Virus record (IMG/VR): IMGVR_UViG_3300029985_000054
Coordinates: 1-52,752 of that record
Length of the DNA stretch: 52,752 nt
DNA from: a virus
Lineage: Duplodnaviria > Caudoviricetes
Direction: 5' to 3' (one strand)
The notes beneath the pieces were generated by a model, which made no database searches, was not told the DNA's origin, and was given only the letters and a program-made list of their open reading frames with translations. Made by a program: the position numbers and the translations under genes. The stretch's first letter is position 1. Each line of letters opens with the position of its first letter. This document shows, in pieces, positions 36,662 to 45,472 of this stretch.

Positions 36662-36970
36662 ATATATTTCAATTACCCCTTGAATTACCCATGTTTAAAT
36701 AAAATAGTTACTATGCATTACAGTTATTTACCTCACACATGCAAAAATAGTTACCCCTTGAGTTATCCAACAGGTTATAATACGGCATGGCTTGAGAAAA
36801 AGACCAAAAATAGTTCTTTAACAATTTAAAACCAATTAATAATATGCAGTTTAACTATCTAGATATACAACGTGCGCTATAGTATGAGTCTATAGTCGTT
36901 GTGTTTGATGTTCTTTGGATTGCATTAAAAAGTGGTTATTGACAATAAATTTAATTGTAAGGAAGCTATA

Positions 36971-37516
36971 ATGATTAAAAAATACGAATTAATAAAAACA
37001 GATACAAAAATTTGTCTTGGTAAAACTTTATTCAGAATTAAAGCTTTAGTATCTTTTGGTGATGTGACAATTGGTGAGCTTGGGGGATATGTTAGCGACG
37101 AAAATTGCTTACAAAATGAGTTTAAAGGAAAAGTTACGGATAACAGCGTGCTGAATAACAGCATCGTGGATAACAGCATCGTGAATAACAGCGTGGTGGA
37201 TAACAGCGTGGTGAATAACAGCGTGGTGGATAACAGCGTGGTGGATAACAGCGTGGTGAATAAAAAAAGTGAAAAAAATGATGGAGAAATTGCTATGGAA
37301 GATGCGATTGAATTTACTTTTAGTAAAGCATTGAAACTTATTAAAAAAGGATATAGGATATACCGCAAAGGTTGGAATGGTAAAAATATGTATTTAGAAT
37401 TGCAAACTCCTGATGAAAATTCTAAAATGTCATTACCGTATATTTATATGAAAACAGCATGTGGTAATAAAGTGCCGTGGATAGCCTCACAAACTGATTT
37501 ATTAGCAACTGATTAG
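36971..37516 (+). CDS. Pentapeptide-repeat phage protein fused to a DUF2829/Tad2-like domain
   Basis: N-terminal KKYEL...LFRIKAL.SFGDV..GELGGYV; (D/N)NS(V/I)V repeats; C-terminal FSKALK.IKKG.RIYRKGWNGKNMY...PYIYMKT...VPWIASQTDLLATD; internal GGAG RBS with ATG at 37295. Confidence 0.8.
   Translation: MIKKYELIKTDTKICLGKTLFRIKALVSFGDVTIGELGGYVSDENCLQNEFKGKVTDNSVLNNSIVDNSIVNNSVVDNSVVNNSVVDNSVVDNSVVNKKSEKNDGEIAMEDAIEFTFSKALKLIKKGYRIYRKGWNGKNMYLELQTPDENSKMSLPYIYMKTACGNKVPWIASQTDLLATD
37138..37257. repeat. 8 x 15-bp tandem repeat, G(G/A)ATAACAGC(G/A)T(G/C)(G/C)T
   Basis: Directly visible; in frame. Confidence 0.95.
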
Positions 37517-37604
37517 CATGTTCTTGAGTAAGAAATATTGTATAAGTTGCCTATGTTTTGTAGGCAACTGGTGACAAAATGTAACCGTTTGAAAGGAATA
37601 AATT

Positions 37605-37748
37605 ATGTTGTACGATGATTATATTGATAATAAAATGGACAAGTGGAATTGTCGAAACGATGGCAGATGTCAACGTTGTGGTACTGCTGAGTTCGAGTGG
37701 GACATTTATGTTGGTCGTGATGAACAAATTTGTGGAGATTGTGAATGA
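37605..37748 (+). CDS. Small Cys4 zinc-finger protein (47 aa; not in ORF track)
   Basis: AAGGA RBS; MLYDD...CQRCG...ICGDCE. Confidence 0.65.
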   Translation: MLYDDYIDNKMDKWNCRNDGRCQRCGTAEFEWDIYVGRDEQICGDCE

Positions 37749-37968
37749 CATTAGTAACATATTATGCAATTATGAGAGAAGTTTAAAAGCGATTGACACC
37801 CTCAAATTATATATTGATGGGATTGCAACTTTTGAAGAGTTAACCAATGCTGCTGATGCTGCTGATGCTGCTGCTTATGCTGCTGCTTATGCTGCTGATG
37901 CTGCTGCTAAAGAAATGCAAACTAATTTGCAATTAGATAAATTAGTCGAGATTTTGGAGGGTAAATAA
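37741..37968 (+). CDS. Ala-rich repeat phage protein (possibly truncated)
   Basis: RSLKAID...GIATFEEL.NAADAADAAAYAAAY...QLDKLVEIL; the longer track start overlaps the zinc-finger ORF. Confidence 0.5.
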   Translation: MNDISNILCNYERSLKAIDTLKLYIDGIATFEELTNAADAADAAAYAAAYAADAAAKEMQTNLQLDKLVEILEGK

Positions 37969-38228
37969 TGGACTTTATAAATATGACTAGCACAGGTAAA
38001 GCGACTATTGAGGTTGATGTGAAAAAGTATAACCAAATGTTGTTGGATTGCCACAAATTAAATTTATTAGAATGTGGAGGGGTAGATAATTGGGAGGGGT
38101 ACGCTGTGTCATTTTTCCCAGATTATTTTCTAGATTATGATTCAAGATTTGAAGTAGATGGTGAGGTCTACTTTGGATTTTATTCTTATAAAAAACAAAT
38201 GGAACGTGCAAATAATTTTAAGGAGTGA
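37968..38228 (+). CDS. Conserved phage hypothetical protein
   Basis: LE.GGVDNWEGY motif; GGAGG RBS. Confidence 0.6.
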   Translation: MDFINMTSTGKATIEVDVKKYNQMLLDCHKLNLLECGGVDNWEGYAVSFFPDYFLDYDSRFEVDGEVYFGFYSYKKQMERANNFKE

Positions 38229-38234
38229 GGAGGT

Positions 38235-39125
38235 ATGGAACTACAAACAATAGAGAACTTAGATATAGTAGTCAATTATCAACAGGCATTGATTGATTTT
38301 GATAATGCTGAATTAATTAGATTAACTACACAAACCGTGGGTAAATATAAAGATTTAGTGGTTACTGAAGATATTGTAACAGATATTACAAAAGAGGTTG
38401 CTAATCTTAATAAACTATTTAAAAAACTCGATGATAAACGAAAGGATATTAAAAGAGATTATACTAAGCCATTAACTGTGTTTGAAGATAAGATTAAATT
38501 AGCTACTGGCATGATTACTGATGTTGTTGATAAATTGAAAAATCAATTGCAGGGATTTGAAGATAAACGCAAGGATAATATGCGTTTACAGATTGTAGAA
38601 TTTATAAAAGAGATAGTCATAGAACATAAGTTATTACCAAAATATGCTTCTCAAATGCAGATACATGATCAATATTTAAACAAAACAGCCAAGAATAAGG
38701 ATATTATAGATTCATTAGAACAACAAGCTATATTACTATCACAAGCACAAGAACTTGAAGAGTTAAAAGTTAATCAAGAAAAAGAACGTATTGAACGTGA
38801 AAAAGCAGAACATGCCAAACACGTTGCTCAACGTTGTGAGTTAGTTAATAAACTTAATTTAGATTATGGATTAAATTTTACATATGATAAATTTGTGGGA
38901 TACTCTGATGTTGCAGTTATAGATTTTTATAATAAGACTCAAGAAAAAGAAGAGCCAAAAGTTGCAGTTATCAATAAAGTAGAAATAAAAGTAACTACCG
39001 ATATTAACGACACCCCTAAATATATTTTACAAATTAAAGGTTTAAACTTAGATGAGATTAAACGCATTACTAATGGTTTAGACAGCAAACTACCGCATGC
39101 AATTTATAACACAATAAAGGAGTAA
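38235..39125 (+). CDS. DUF1351-family coiled-coil protein
   Basis: Y.DLVVTED...ANLNKL.K.LDDKRKDIKRDY.KPL..FE. Confidence 0.8.
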   Translation: MELQTIENLDIVVNYQQALIDFDNAELIRLTTQTVGKYKDLVVTEDIVTDITKEVANLNKLFKKLDDKRKDIKRDYTKPLTVFEDKIKLATGMITDVVDKLKNQLQGFEDKRKDNMRLQIVEFIKEIVIEHKLLPKYASQMQIHDQYLNKTAKNKDIIDSLEQQAILLSQAQELEELKVNQEKERIEREKAEHAKHVAQRCELVNKLNLDYGLNFTYDKFVGYSDVAVIDFYNKTQEKEEPKVAVINKVEIKVTTDINDTPKYILQIKGLNLDEIKRITNGLDSKLPHAIYNTIKE

Positions 39126-39128
39126 GAA

Positions 39129-40079
39129 ATGGCTATTACAATAATTAAGAAAAACGAAGTTATTAAAACTGAGAACATGATTGTTACTTTGTATGGACAA
39201 CCAGGAATTGGTAAAACATCATATGCTCTAACATCTAAAAATCCAATTCTATTTGATTTTGATAAGGGTATGCAACGTAGTTTACTAAGAGCAGATTGTT
39301 TATCAATAGAAAATTGGCAACAAATAGAGAACTTAATGGAAAGTGACTTACAAGCATATGACACAATAGTAATAGATACTGTAGGTCGTTTATTAGAGGT
39401 TTTAGCGTTGTATTTAATCAAAGGTAATGCAAAGCTAGGTCGTGGCACTGGGGAGTTAACATTGCAGGGGTATGGGGCTTTAAATGCAGCATTCAAAGCT
39501 TGGATGGGTAAAATAAAGTCTTATAAAAAGAATATTATTTTAATCGGACATGCCAAGGAAAGTACAAAGAATGATAATACTATAGTTAGAATTGATGCAG
39601 TTGGTAGTTCTAAAGATGAGATTTTTAAGATTAGTGACTTAATGGGGTACATGGAGTTTAAAGATGGTAACAGAGTTATTACTTTTGACCCAACAGAGCA
39701 TAGTTTAGGTAAAAATTGTGCTGGAATTAAACCAATAGTTGTGCCTTATATTTCAACAGGTGATACATTTATGGGTGATGAAGTTGCTAAAACACTCGGA
39801 TATATGAATGCGTTAAGTGCAGAACAAACAGAGTTGCTTAATCAAATATCAGTATTTAAAGAGCAGTTAAACAATACTTCAAAACTTGAGGATATAAACT
39901 CATTAGTTGAAAGCTTAAAACTTGATGCTTCTAATCCAAATATTCGTGAGTTAAAGGGTTTATTGCATAATCATGCTATTAACTTAGGGTTTATTGCTGA
40001 TAAAGAGAAAGGTTGTTATGTAGCTAAAGTAATTGAACCCGTAAAACCTCCTACATTACCTACTGATGAGATATTTTAA
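39129..40079 (+). CDS. Sak4-like AAA ATPase (phage recombinase)
   Basis: LYGQPGIGKTS, LFDFDKG, TIVIDT, ILIGH and DLMGY motifs. Confidence 0.85.
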   Translation: MAITIIKKNEVIKTENMIVTLYGQPGIGKTSYALTSKNPILFDFDKGMQRSLLRADCLSIENWQQIENLMESDLQAYDTIVIDTVGRLLEVLALYLIKGNAKLGRGTGELTLQGYGALNAAFKAWMGKIKSYKKNIILIGHAKESTKNDNTIVRIDAVGSSKDEIFKISDLMGYMEFKDGNRVITFDPTEHSLGKNCAGIKPIVVPYISTGDTFMGDEVAKTLGYMNALSAEQTELLNQISVFKEQLNNTSKLEDINSLVESLKLDASNPNIRELKGLLHNHAINLGFIADKEKGCYVAKVIEPVKPPTLPTDEIF

Positions 40080-40081
40080 TC

Positions 40082-40735
40082 ATGAGTGCTTATCACTGGA
40101 TTAATAGATATATAACCCCATCACGTATAGATAGTTATATTTATCATAGAGACACGGAGGATAATACAACCCAAGACTTTATCAATAATCTTTTGAAATT
40201 AGATACTCGCTTTGCCATCAATATGGAAGCGGGTAATGTAGTACATAGTTATATAGAACATGCTAACTACGGTACTGTGCCAAATGTATTTGTTAAAGAT
40301 GGTTGGACTGTACAAACCAGTCCATATTTAGATTGTCGGGTTGCGTTACCTCCTATGCGTGAGATGAAAATATCTAAAGAATATAAACAATATAATATGT
40401 TTGGTAAAGTGGATTGTATAGATGGTATGGTTGTGCATGATATTAAAACTACTAGACAGATTAAACTAGAAAAATACGCAGAATCTATGCAGTGGAAACT
40501 ATATCTTTGGATGACTGGATTATCTATATTTGAGTATAATATATTTGAGATTAAGATTGAGGAGTTAACAAAATCAATCCTGATTAACAAATATCAAGAA
40601 CTCAAGATGTACAGATATTATGGCATGGAACAAGATATATGTCATGTGTTAGATGAGTATATTGGGTATCTATACCAAATTAAAGAACAGATAATGGATA
40701 CAGCACGATTAAACAATATATTATTAAAGTTGTAG
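40082..40735 (+). CDS. PD-(D/E)XK exonuclease
   Basis: G..VH..IE...E...GKVD......DIKTT...QWKLYL. Confidence 0.8.
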   Translation: MSAYHWINRYITPSRIDSYIYHRDTEDNTTQDFINNLLKLDTRFAINMEAGNVVHSYIEHANYGTVPNVFVKDGWTVQTSPYLDCRVALPPMREMKISKEYKQYNMFGKVDCIDGMVVHDIKTTRQIKLEKYAESMQWKLYLWMTGLSIFEYNIFEIKIEELTKSILINKYQELKMYRYYGMEQDICHVLDEYIGYLYQIKEQIMDTARLNNILLKL

Positions 40736-40744
40736 GAGCTTAAT

Positions 40745-41017
40745 ATGCTAATGAAAATAACGCTAAATTCTATAGTTCAAGCTACAGATGAAGCGGTTTG
40801 TTTTAAATTAATTAAAAAAAACAATTTAAATATTGTGTACTATTGGATTCCAAAATCTCAAATTATTGAGACAAATTTAAAAATTTCAAAAGATTTTTTA
40901 TATAAAGTGCAGAGTACAACTGGTGATACATTGATAAGTGGAGATGCTTTATTTAGTTACTATGAATTAATAAGAGAATCACATTTAATTAGTTTAATGT
41001 GCAAAAATAACAAATAA
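40745..41017 (+). CDS. Hypothetical protein
   Basis: TDEAV...WIPKSQI phage motif; AGGAG RBS. Confidence 0.55.
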   Translation: MLMKITLNSIVQATDEAVCFKLIKKNNLNIVYYWIPKSQIIETNLKISKDFLYKVQSTTGDTLISGDALFSYYELIRESHLISLMCKNNK

Positions 41018-41043
41018 ATTTAAAGAACCATAGAAGGAAGAAA

Positions 41044-41244
41044 ATGCTAACAAACATATTACAATATAAGTTAGATATGTCTATATTTGGGTACGCAACA
41101 ATTGATATTGAAAAAGCAAAGATAGAATTATCAAATGCATATTATCACCCAGATTCAGGGGTAATGAACCGCATTAAAAAATTAATTCTTGACATACCAA
41201 ATAATGAGTTTAGTAAATATATTGAGGAATTAATTAAATTATAA
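41044..41244 (+). CDS. Hypothetical protein
   Basis: RBS; in the operon. Confidence 0.5.
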   Translation: MLTNILQYKLDMSIFGYATIDIEKAKIELSNAYYHPDSGVMNRIKKLILDIPNNEFSKYIEELIKL

Positions 41245-41255
41245 AGGAGTAAATA

Positions 41256-41618
41256 ATGATTAACGAATTACCAATAAAAGTTGGAGATATAATTGTAAAT
41301 ATTGAGGGTATGAAGAAGGGTAGTGAGCAGGTTATTTTTACCTTATCTACAGGAATAAAATATAAAATGTATCATGACCAAGATTGTTGCGAATCTGTAG
41401 AATTAGAAGATGTAGTGGGAGACTTTATAGATTTATTAAATTCTCCGTTAATTATATCTGAATCTTCAGATAATTGTGGAGAATATAACGATGGCAACAG
41501 ATATACGTATACTTATTATAAATTTGCCACAATAAAAGGGTATATTGATTTACGTTGGTATGGTATATCAAATGGTTATTACAGCGAAAGCGTGGATTGG
41601 GAGTTGCTAAATGACTGA
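41256..41618 (+). CDS. Conserved phage protein
   Basis: MYHDQDCCESV...YKFATIKG...RWYG.SNGYYSE motif, widespread in phages. Confidence 0.7.
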   Translation: MINELPIKVGDIIVNIEGMKKGSEQVIFTLSTGIKYKMYHDQDCCESVELEDVVGDFIDLLNSPLIISESSDNCGEYNDGNRYTYTYYKFATIKGYIDLRWYGISNGYYSESVDWELLND

Positions 41619-41886
41619 TGTTACAAAAGAGTGGCTGTTGGAACAGGGGTTTAAATTTAAAAAGGAAGAATGTTACTACGTATATAAAAATAAATATTTT
41701 GAAATCACGATTTGCTTAGAAAATTCAGAGTATAACGAGCAACCATTTCTATCAGTAAATTTGTGTCCTTTTTGTGATGATGAATATTGTTCTTTTATAA
41801 AAAATGAAATAGTTAAATTAACTCAAAAAAATATAATTAATTTAATTCAAATAAATAAACTTAAACAATTAATAACTAAGGAGTAA
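41611..41886 (+). CDS. Hypothetical protein
   Basis: TKEWLLEQGF phage motif. Confidence 0.55.
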   Translation: MTDVTKEWLLEQGFKFKKEECYYVYKNKYFEITICLENSEYNEQPFLSVNLCPFCDDEYCSFIKNEIVKLTQKNIINLIQINKLKQLITKE

Positions 41887-41889
41887 ATT

Positions 41890-42279
41890 ATGCTACATGA
41901 AATTACAACAATTGGGTACGTTGGACGTGACCCAGAATTAAGAAACACTAAAGAGGGAAAATCATTTTATACATTTAGTTTAGGAGTAAACATTGGTAAA
42001 GATAAAACTGAGTGGCTAGATGTTACTGTCAATGCTGACAATAAGATAATGCCTTATGTTCAAAAAGGAACTAAAATGCTAATAAGAGGTAAGCCGTCAA
42101 CTAGGGTTGTTAAGCCAAAAGATGGTGGGGAACCTTACGCTACACAAGGTGTCTGGGCTAATACAATTGAGTTATTAAGTTCTAAGAGTGACGCAAAGTC
42201 ACAGAATGAGTCAGCATATGAGCCAATGAGTATGCCTGCTGCTGGTAGTAGCTTGCAGAGTGATGATATACCTTTTTAA
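41890..42279 (+). CDS. ssb: Single-stranded DNA-binding protein
   Basis: IGYVGRDPELR, TEW and KG motifs; C-terminal DDIPF. Confidence 0.95.
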   Translation: MLHEITTIGYVGRDPELRNTKEGKSFYTFSLGVNIGKDKTEWLDVTVNADNKIMPYVQKGTKMLIRGKPSTRVVKPKDGGEPYATQGVWANTIELLSSKSDAKSQNESAYEPMSMPAAGSSLQSDDIPF

Positions 42280-42490
42280 AAGGGATTATAATGGACAATT
42301 TAATACTATATGGATTTTTAATAATTATTTACTTACCTATTTTTGCATTAAGCATAGGTGTAAGTATAGGGTTTGGATTTTGTATGTACAAAATGATAAA
42401 AGATTATTAAACGAATTTATAAAAGGAAGTGTAAATATTGTAATAAAATCAATAGCATTTTCTTTTATAAATGTATTTTGGATGTAAAGA

Positions 42491-42754
42491 ATGAAAATTA
42501 AACAACTTGAATGGACAGATGCGAGCTTTATGCATGGAAGCTGTAGATCTATTGCTAAAATAAATCAAAGGATGTATATTATACAAAACTTTATAATGAC
42601 ACCCATTAGAAATGCCAATGAGATTTATAAAGAAAGATATGATTGTTATCGCGATACCTTTTATTTTGGTACATGTAATACTTTAGAACAAGCAAAAGAA
42701 GTATGTGTCAAACATTGTGAAGATTATGTAAAGGGATACTTAGAAAATGAATAA
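42491..42754 (+). CDS. Hypothetical protein
   Basis: MKIKQLEW...TLEQAK..C.KH phage motif. Confidence 0.6.
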   Translation: MKIKQLEWTDASFMHGSCRSIAKINQRMYIIQNFIMTPIRNANEIYKERYDCYRDTFYFGTCNTLEQAKEVCVKHCEDYVKGYLENE

Positions 42755-43067
42755 TCTAATCTTAGGTGCAATTGCTGGAATTGGGTCTTTATGCTTGATT
42801 GTAGTTATGTCTTATGAGTCAGGTGTGCATGATGAAAGGGTTAGACAAGAAGTATTAGCTGGTAAACAGATGGCTAAAAATCAGGTAATTACTCAAAACA
42901 ATGATACAGATAGCAATAATATTGCTAGTGTAGTAATGGGTGCTAATAAATTAATGTATAACAGTTTAATTACTAATACTGAAACTGTTGTGCAATTAGT
43001 ACCGATCAATACCAAATGTGATTTTGAAAGTAATGTTGTTACTGATATTAATAAAAGGGGGAAATAA
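42747..43067 (+). CDS. Inner-membrane spanin (Rz-like)
   Basis: N-terminal TM, Y..G, helical periplasmic part with a C-terminal Cys. Confidence 0.55.
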   Translation: MNNLILGAIAGIGSLCLIVVMSYESGVHDERVRQEVLAGKQMAKNQVITQNNDTDSNNIASVVMGANKLMYNSLITNTETVVQLVPINTKCDFESNVVTDINKRGK

Positions 43068-43069
43068 TC

Positions 43070-43249
43070 ATGCAAAAAAAGCTAATAAAAGTAAGAATTG
43101 AGTGCGACGAATTATATCCGTGTTACTACTTTGACCCAAATGGAGAAGAAGTGGAAATATCTGAAATAACCCTCAAGCGTTGGGAATGTGTTATTTCAGA
43201 ATTTAATGTTGTCCAAAAAGAAATGGATTACTTATTGAGGAGTTCTTAA
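43070..43249 (+). CDS. Hypothetical protein (59 aa; not in ORF track)
   Basis: MQKKLIKVRIECDELYP...; overlaps the o-spanin start. Confidence 0.55.
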   Translation: MQKKLIKVRIECDELYPCYYFDPNGEEVEISEITLKRWECVISEFNVVQKEMDYLLRSS

Positions 43250-43533
43250 TGCAGAAACTAATTGACAATATACTTATCATAGCGTTGCTGTCAACGATGA
43301 GATTGTTGCAGGGATGCTCTACAGTGCAATATGTAGATAAACCACACTTACCCACCATACCATCATATTTTATGCAGCCATGCGAAGATTTGCCTACTTT
43401 AAACAATGGTTCTCAACGTGAGGTTGTGAAGGTGTTGTTTGCAGATGCTGTAGTTTATAAAGATTGTGCAAATAGGTATAAAGGTCTACAAGATATATTA
43501 ATTAAATTTAAACAAAATATGGAGGGTAAATAA
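43249..43533 (+). CDS. Outer-membrane spanin lipoprotein (Rz1-like)
   Basis: Lipobox LQGC; P-rich IPSYFMQPC..LP; Y.DC..R. Confidence 0.7.
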   Translation: MQKLIDNILIIALLSTMRLLQGCSTVQYVDKPHLPTIPSYFMQPCEDLPTLNNGSQREVVKVLFADAVVYKDCANRYKGLQDILIKFKQNMEGK

Positions 43534-44720
43534 TGAAATATATAAATTCTGGTAAGAATCTAGTAAAAATATGGACTAATGATATAGAAAAAGAAGCAGA
43601 AGAACAGTTGTTAAATTTAAGCAATTTGCCATTTATATACAAACATATTGCTGTAATGCCAGATGTACATGCGGGAAAAGGGTCAACAATAGGTACAGTG
43701 ATAGCTACCAAGGGAGCTGTATGCCCTGCTACAGTTGGGGTTGATTTAGGGTGTGGAATGACTGCATTAAAATTACCTTTTAAGGTTGATGTTATTATGG
43801 ATAAACTTTTATTAATAAGGCATTCTATCGAAAGGGCTGTACCTGTTGGATTTAATAAACATAGTATGATAGACACTAATAGAGGTTCTATTTTAACTGA
43901 TATTCTGGGAGATGATTTAACATGCTTTGACAAAGATAGGGGTAAATTATTAACTAATGCTGGTTTGCAATTAGGAACTTTAGGAGGAGGAAATCATTTT
44001 ATTGAAATTTGTTTTGATGAAAATGCAGATGCTTGGATAGTCTTACATACTGGTAGTAGAAATATAGGTAAAATGATTGCAGAAGTTCATATAAATAAAG
44101 CTAAGGGTTTAATGAAATCTTATTTTATAGATTTACCAGACCCAGATTTATCTTATCTTGTCCAGAATACTTTAGAATTTGATAATTATATACATGATAT
44201 AAATTGGGCTCAAAAATATGCTTATGAAAATAGAGAACATATGCTAAAAAATATTTTAGCAGAAATAGCTTATTATGCGTATGGAGATAAAGATATATCA
44301 AGATTTGACACTTGTTTAAAAATTAGCTGTCACCACAATTATACTACAATGGAAAATCATTTTAATAAGAATGTTTTAGTTACAAGAAAGGGTGCTGTAT
44401 CTGCAAAATTAGGTCAATTAGGTATTATCCCTGGTAGCATGGGTGATAAAAGCTATATCGTTGAGGGATTGGGTAATATTGAGTCTTTTTGCTCCTGTTC
44501 TCATGGAGCAGGTAGAAGAATGTCTAGGAATAAAGCAAAATCAATATTTACTATTGATGATTTAATTAAGCAAACATCTAATGTGGAATGCAGAAAAGAT
44601 GCAGATATAATTGATGAGATTCCTGGAGCATATAAAAATATTGATGAAGTTATGGACAACCAAAAAGATTTAGTAAAAATATTACATACATTAAAACAAA
44701 TTATTTGTATTAAAGGGTAA
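43533..44720 (+). CDS. rtcB: RtcB RNA ligase
   Basis: MPDVHAG, GVDLGCG, GTLGGGNHF, HTGSR, HHNY, RKGA, IPGSMG, SHGAGR and DEIPGAYK motifs. Confidence 0.97.
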   Translation: MKYINSGKNLVKIWTNDIEKEAEEQLLNLSNLPFIYKHIAVMPDVHAGKGSTIGTVIATKGAVCPATVGVDLGCGMTALKLPFKVDVIMDKLLLIRHSIERAVPVGFNKHSMIDTNRGSILTDILGDDLTCFDKDRGKLLTNAGLQLGTLGGGNHFIEICFDENADAWIVLHTGSRNIGKMIAEVHINKAKGLMKSYFIDLPDPDLSYLVQNTLEFDNYIHDINWAQKYAYENREHMLKNILAEIAYYAYGDKDISRFDTCLKISCHHNYTTMENHFNKNVLVTRKGAVSAKLGQLGIIPGSMGDKSYIVEGLGNIESFCSCSHGAGRRMSRNKAKSIFTIDDLIKQTSNVECRKDADIIDEIPGAYKNIDEVMDNQKDLVKILHTLKQIICIKG

Positions 44721-44909
44721 ATGATGATGGATGAACAATTGAAAGATGAAGTTACATGCCTACAGTGTAATCAAATAATAAAAGGAAAGCTATATGGAAC
44801 ACCTATTTACAATTATAAAGAGTTACATATACCAATCCAATGCAATCATTGTAAGACGGAATTGATAGCTATTGTAAAAACGATTATAGAAGTAGAGAGG
44901 AAGCAATGA
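44721..44909 (+). CDS. Zinc-ribbon protein
   Basis: CLQC...CNHC. Confidence 0.55.
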   Translation: MMMDEQLKDEVTCLQCNQIIKGKLYGTPIYNYKELHIPIQCNHCKTELIAIVKTIIEVERKQ

Positions 44910-45097
44910 CTAAGACTAGCGTAGAAACATGGATGCCACGAGATGAGTTTTTAAAACATGCTGACATGAATATCAAAAAGCTTTATAAGCTTATTTATAT
45001 CCACGGATGGCTTAAAAAAGGCATTATCAGAAAAAAAGGTAATGAAATTAAAGATGTTTATTTAGAAAAATATAATAAATGGTTAGAAGAAAGGTAA
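44906..45097 (+). CDS. Excisionase-like winged-helix protein
   Basis: W.PRDEF...W.K.G...YNKWLE pattern; size fits. Confidence 0.45.
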   Translation: MTKTSVETWMPRDEFLKHADMNIKKLYKLIYIHGWLKKGIIRKKGNEIKDVYLEKYNKWLEER

Positions 45098-45101
45098 GGA
45101 A

Positions 45102-45461
45102 ATGGAGTTTAAGTTGCCTTATCCAATAAGCGCTAATACTTATTGGCGCAAGACTAATCGTGGAATTGTATACTTGAGTCCAGCAGGAAGGAAATATAAA
45201 GACACTGTTATAAAAAATTATGGATTTATTAACAAACCTGTCGATGCTTTATTAGCAATGGAAATAACTATACATCCAGCATTAACTAAAAAAGGAGTTG
45301 CTAGTAAGAGACTAATAGATATAGACAATGGAAATAAATGTATACTTGATAGCTTGATTGGTATTGCGTATGTTGACGATAAACAAATAAAAGAACTACA
45401 TATTAAATATGGTTATCCTGTGCTTAATGGTGCAGTAACTATCAAAATAAATAATTTTTAA
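45102..45461 (+). CDS. rusA: RusA Holliday junction resolvase
   Basis: LPYPISANTYWR and DIDN..K..LDSL.G....DDKQI motifs. Confidence 0.92.
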   Translation: MEFKLPYPISANTYWRKTNRGIVYLSPAGRKYKDTVIKNYGFINKPVDALLAMEITIHPALTKKGVASKRLIDIDNGNKCILDSLIGIAYVDDKQIKELHIKYGYPVLNGAVTIKINNF

Positions 45462-45472
45462 AGGATTAATTC

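Noticed and set aside
37138-37257. CRISPR array
   Set aside because: Contiguous 15-bp units with no spacers, in frame within a CDS; no cas operon.
36925-37368. Minus-strand 147-aa ORF with LSTTL repeats
   Set aside because: Antisense shadow of the 15-bp repeat gene.
37514-37516. Genome-wide amber (TAG) reassignment
   Set aside because: Long genes are intact in the standard code, and TAG terminates other genes cleanly (609-611, 40733-40735); only this one site is suspicious.
37848-37908. GCT-rich microsatellite as a separate element
   Set aside because: It encodes the Ala-rich tract typical of this phage protein family.
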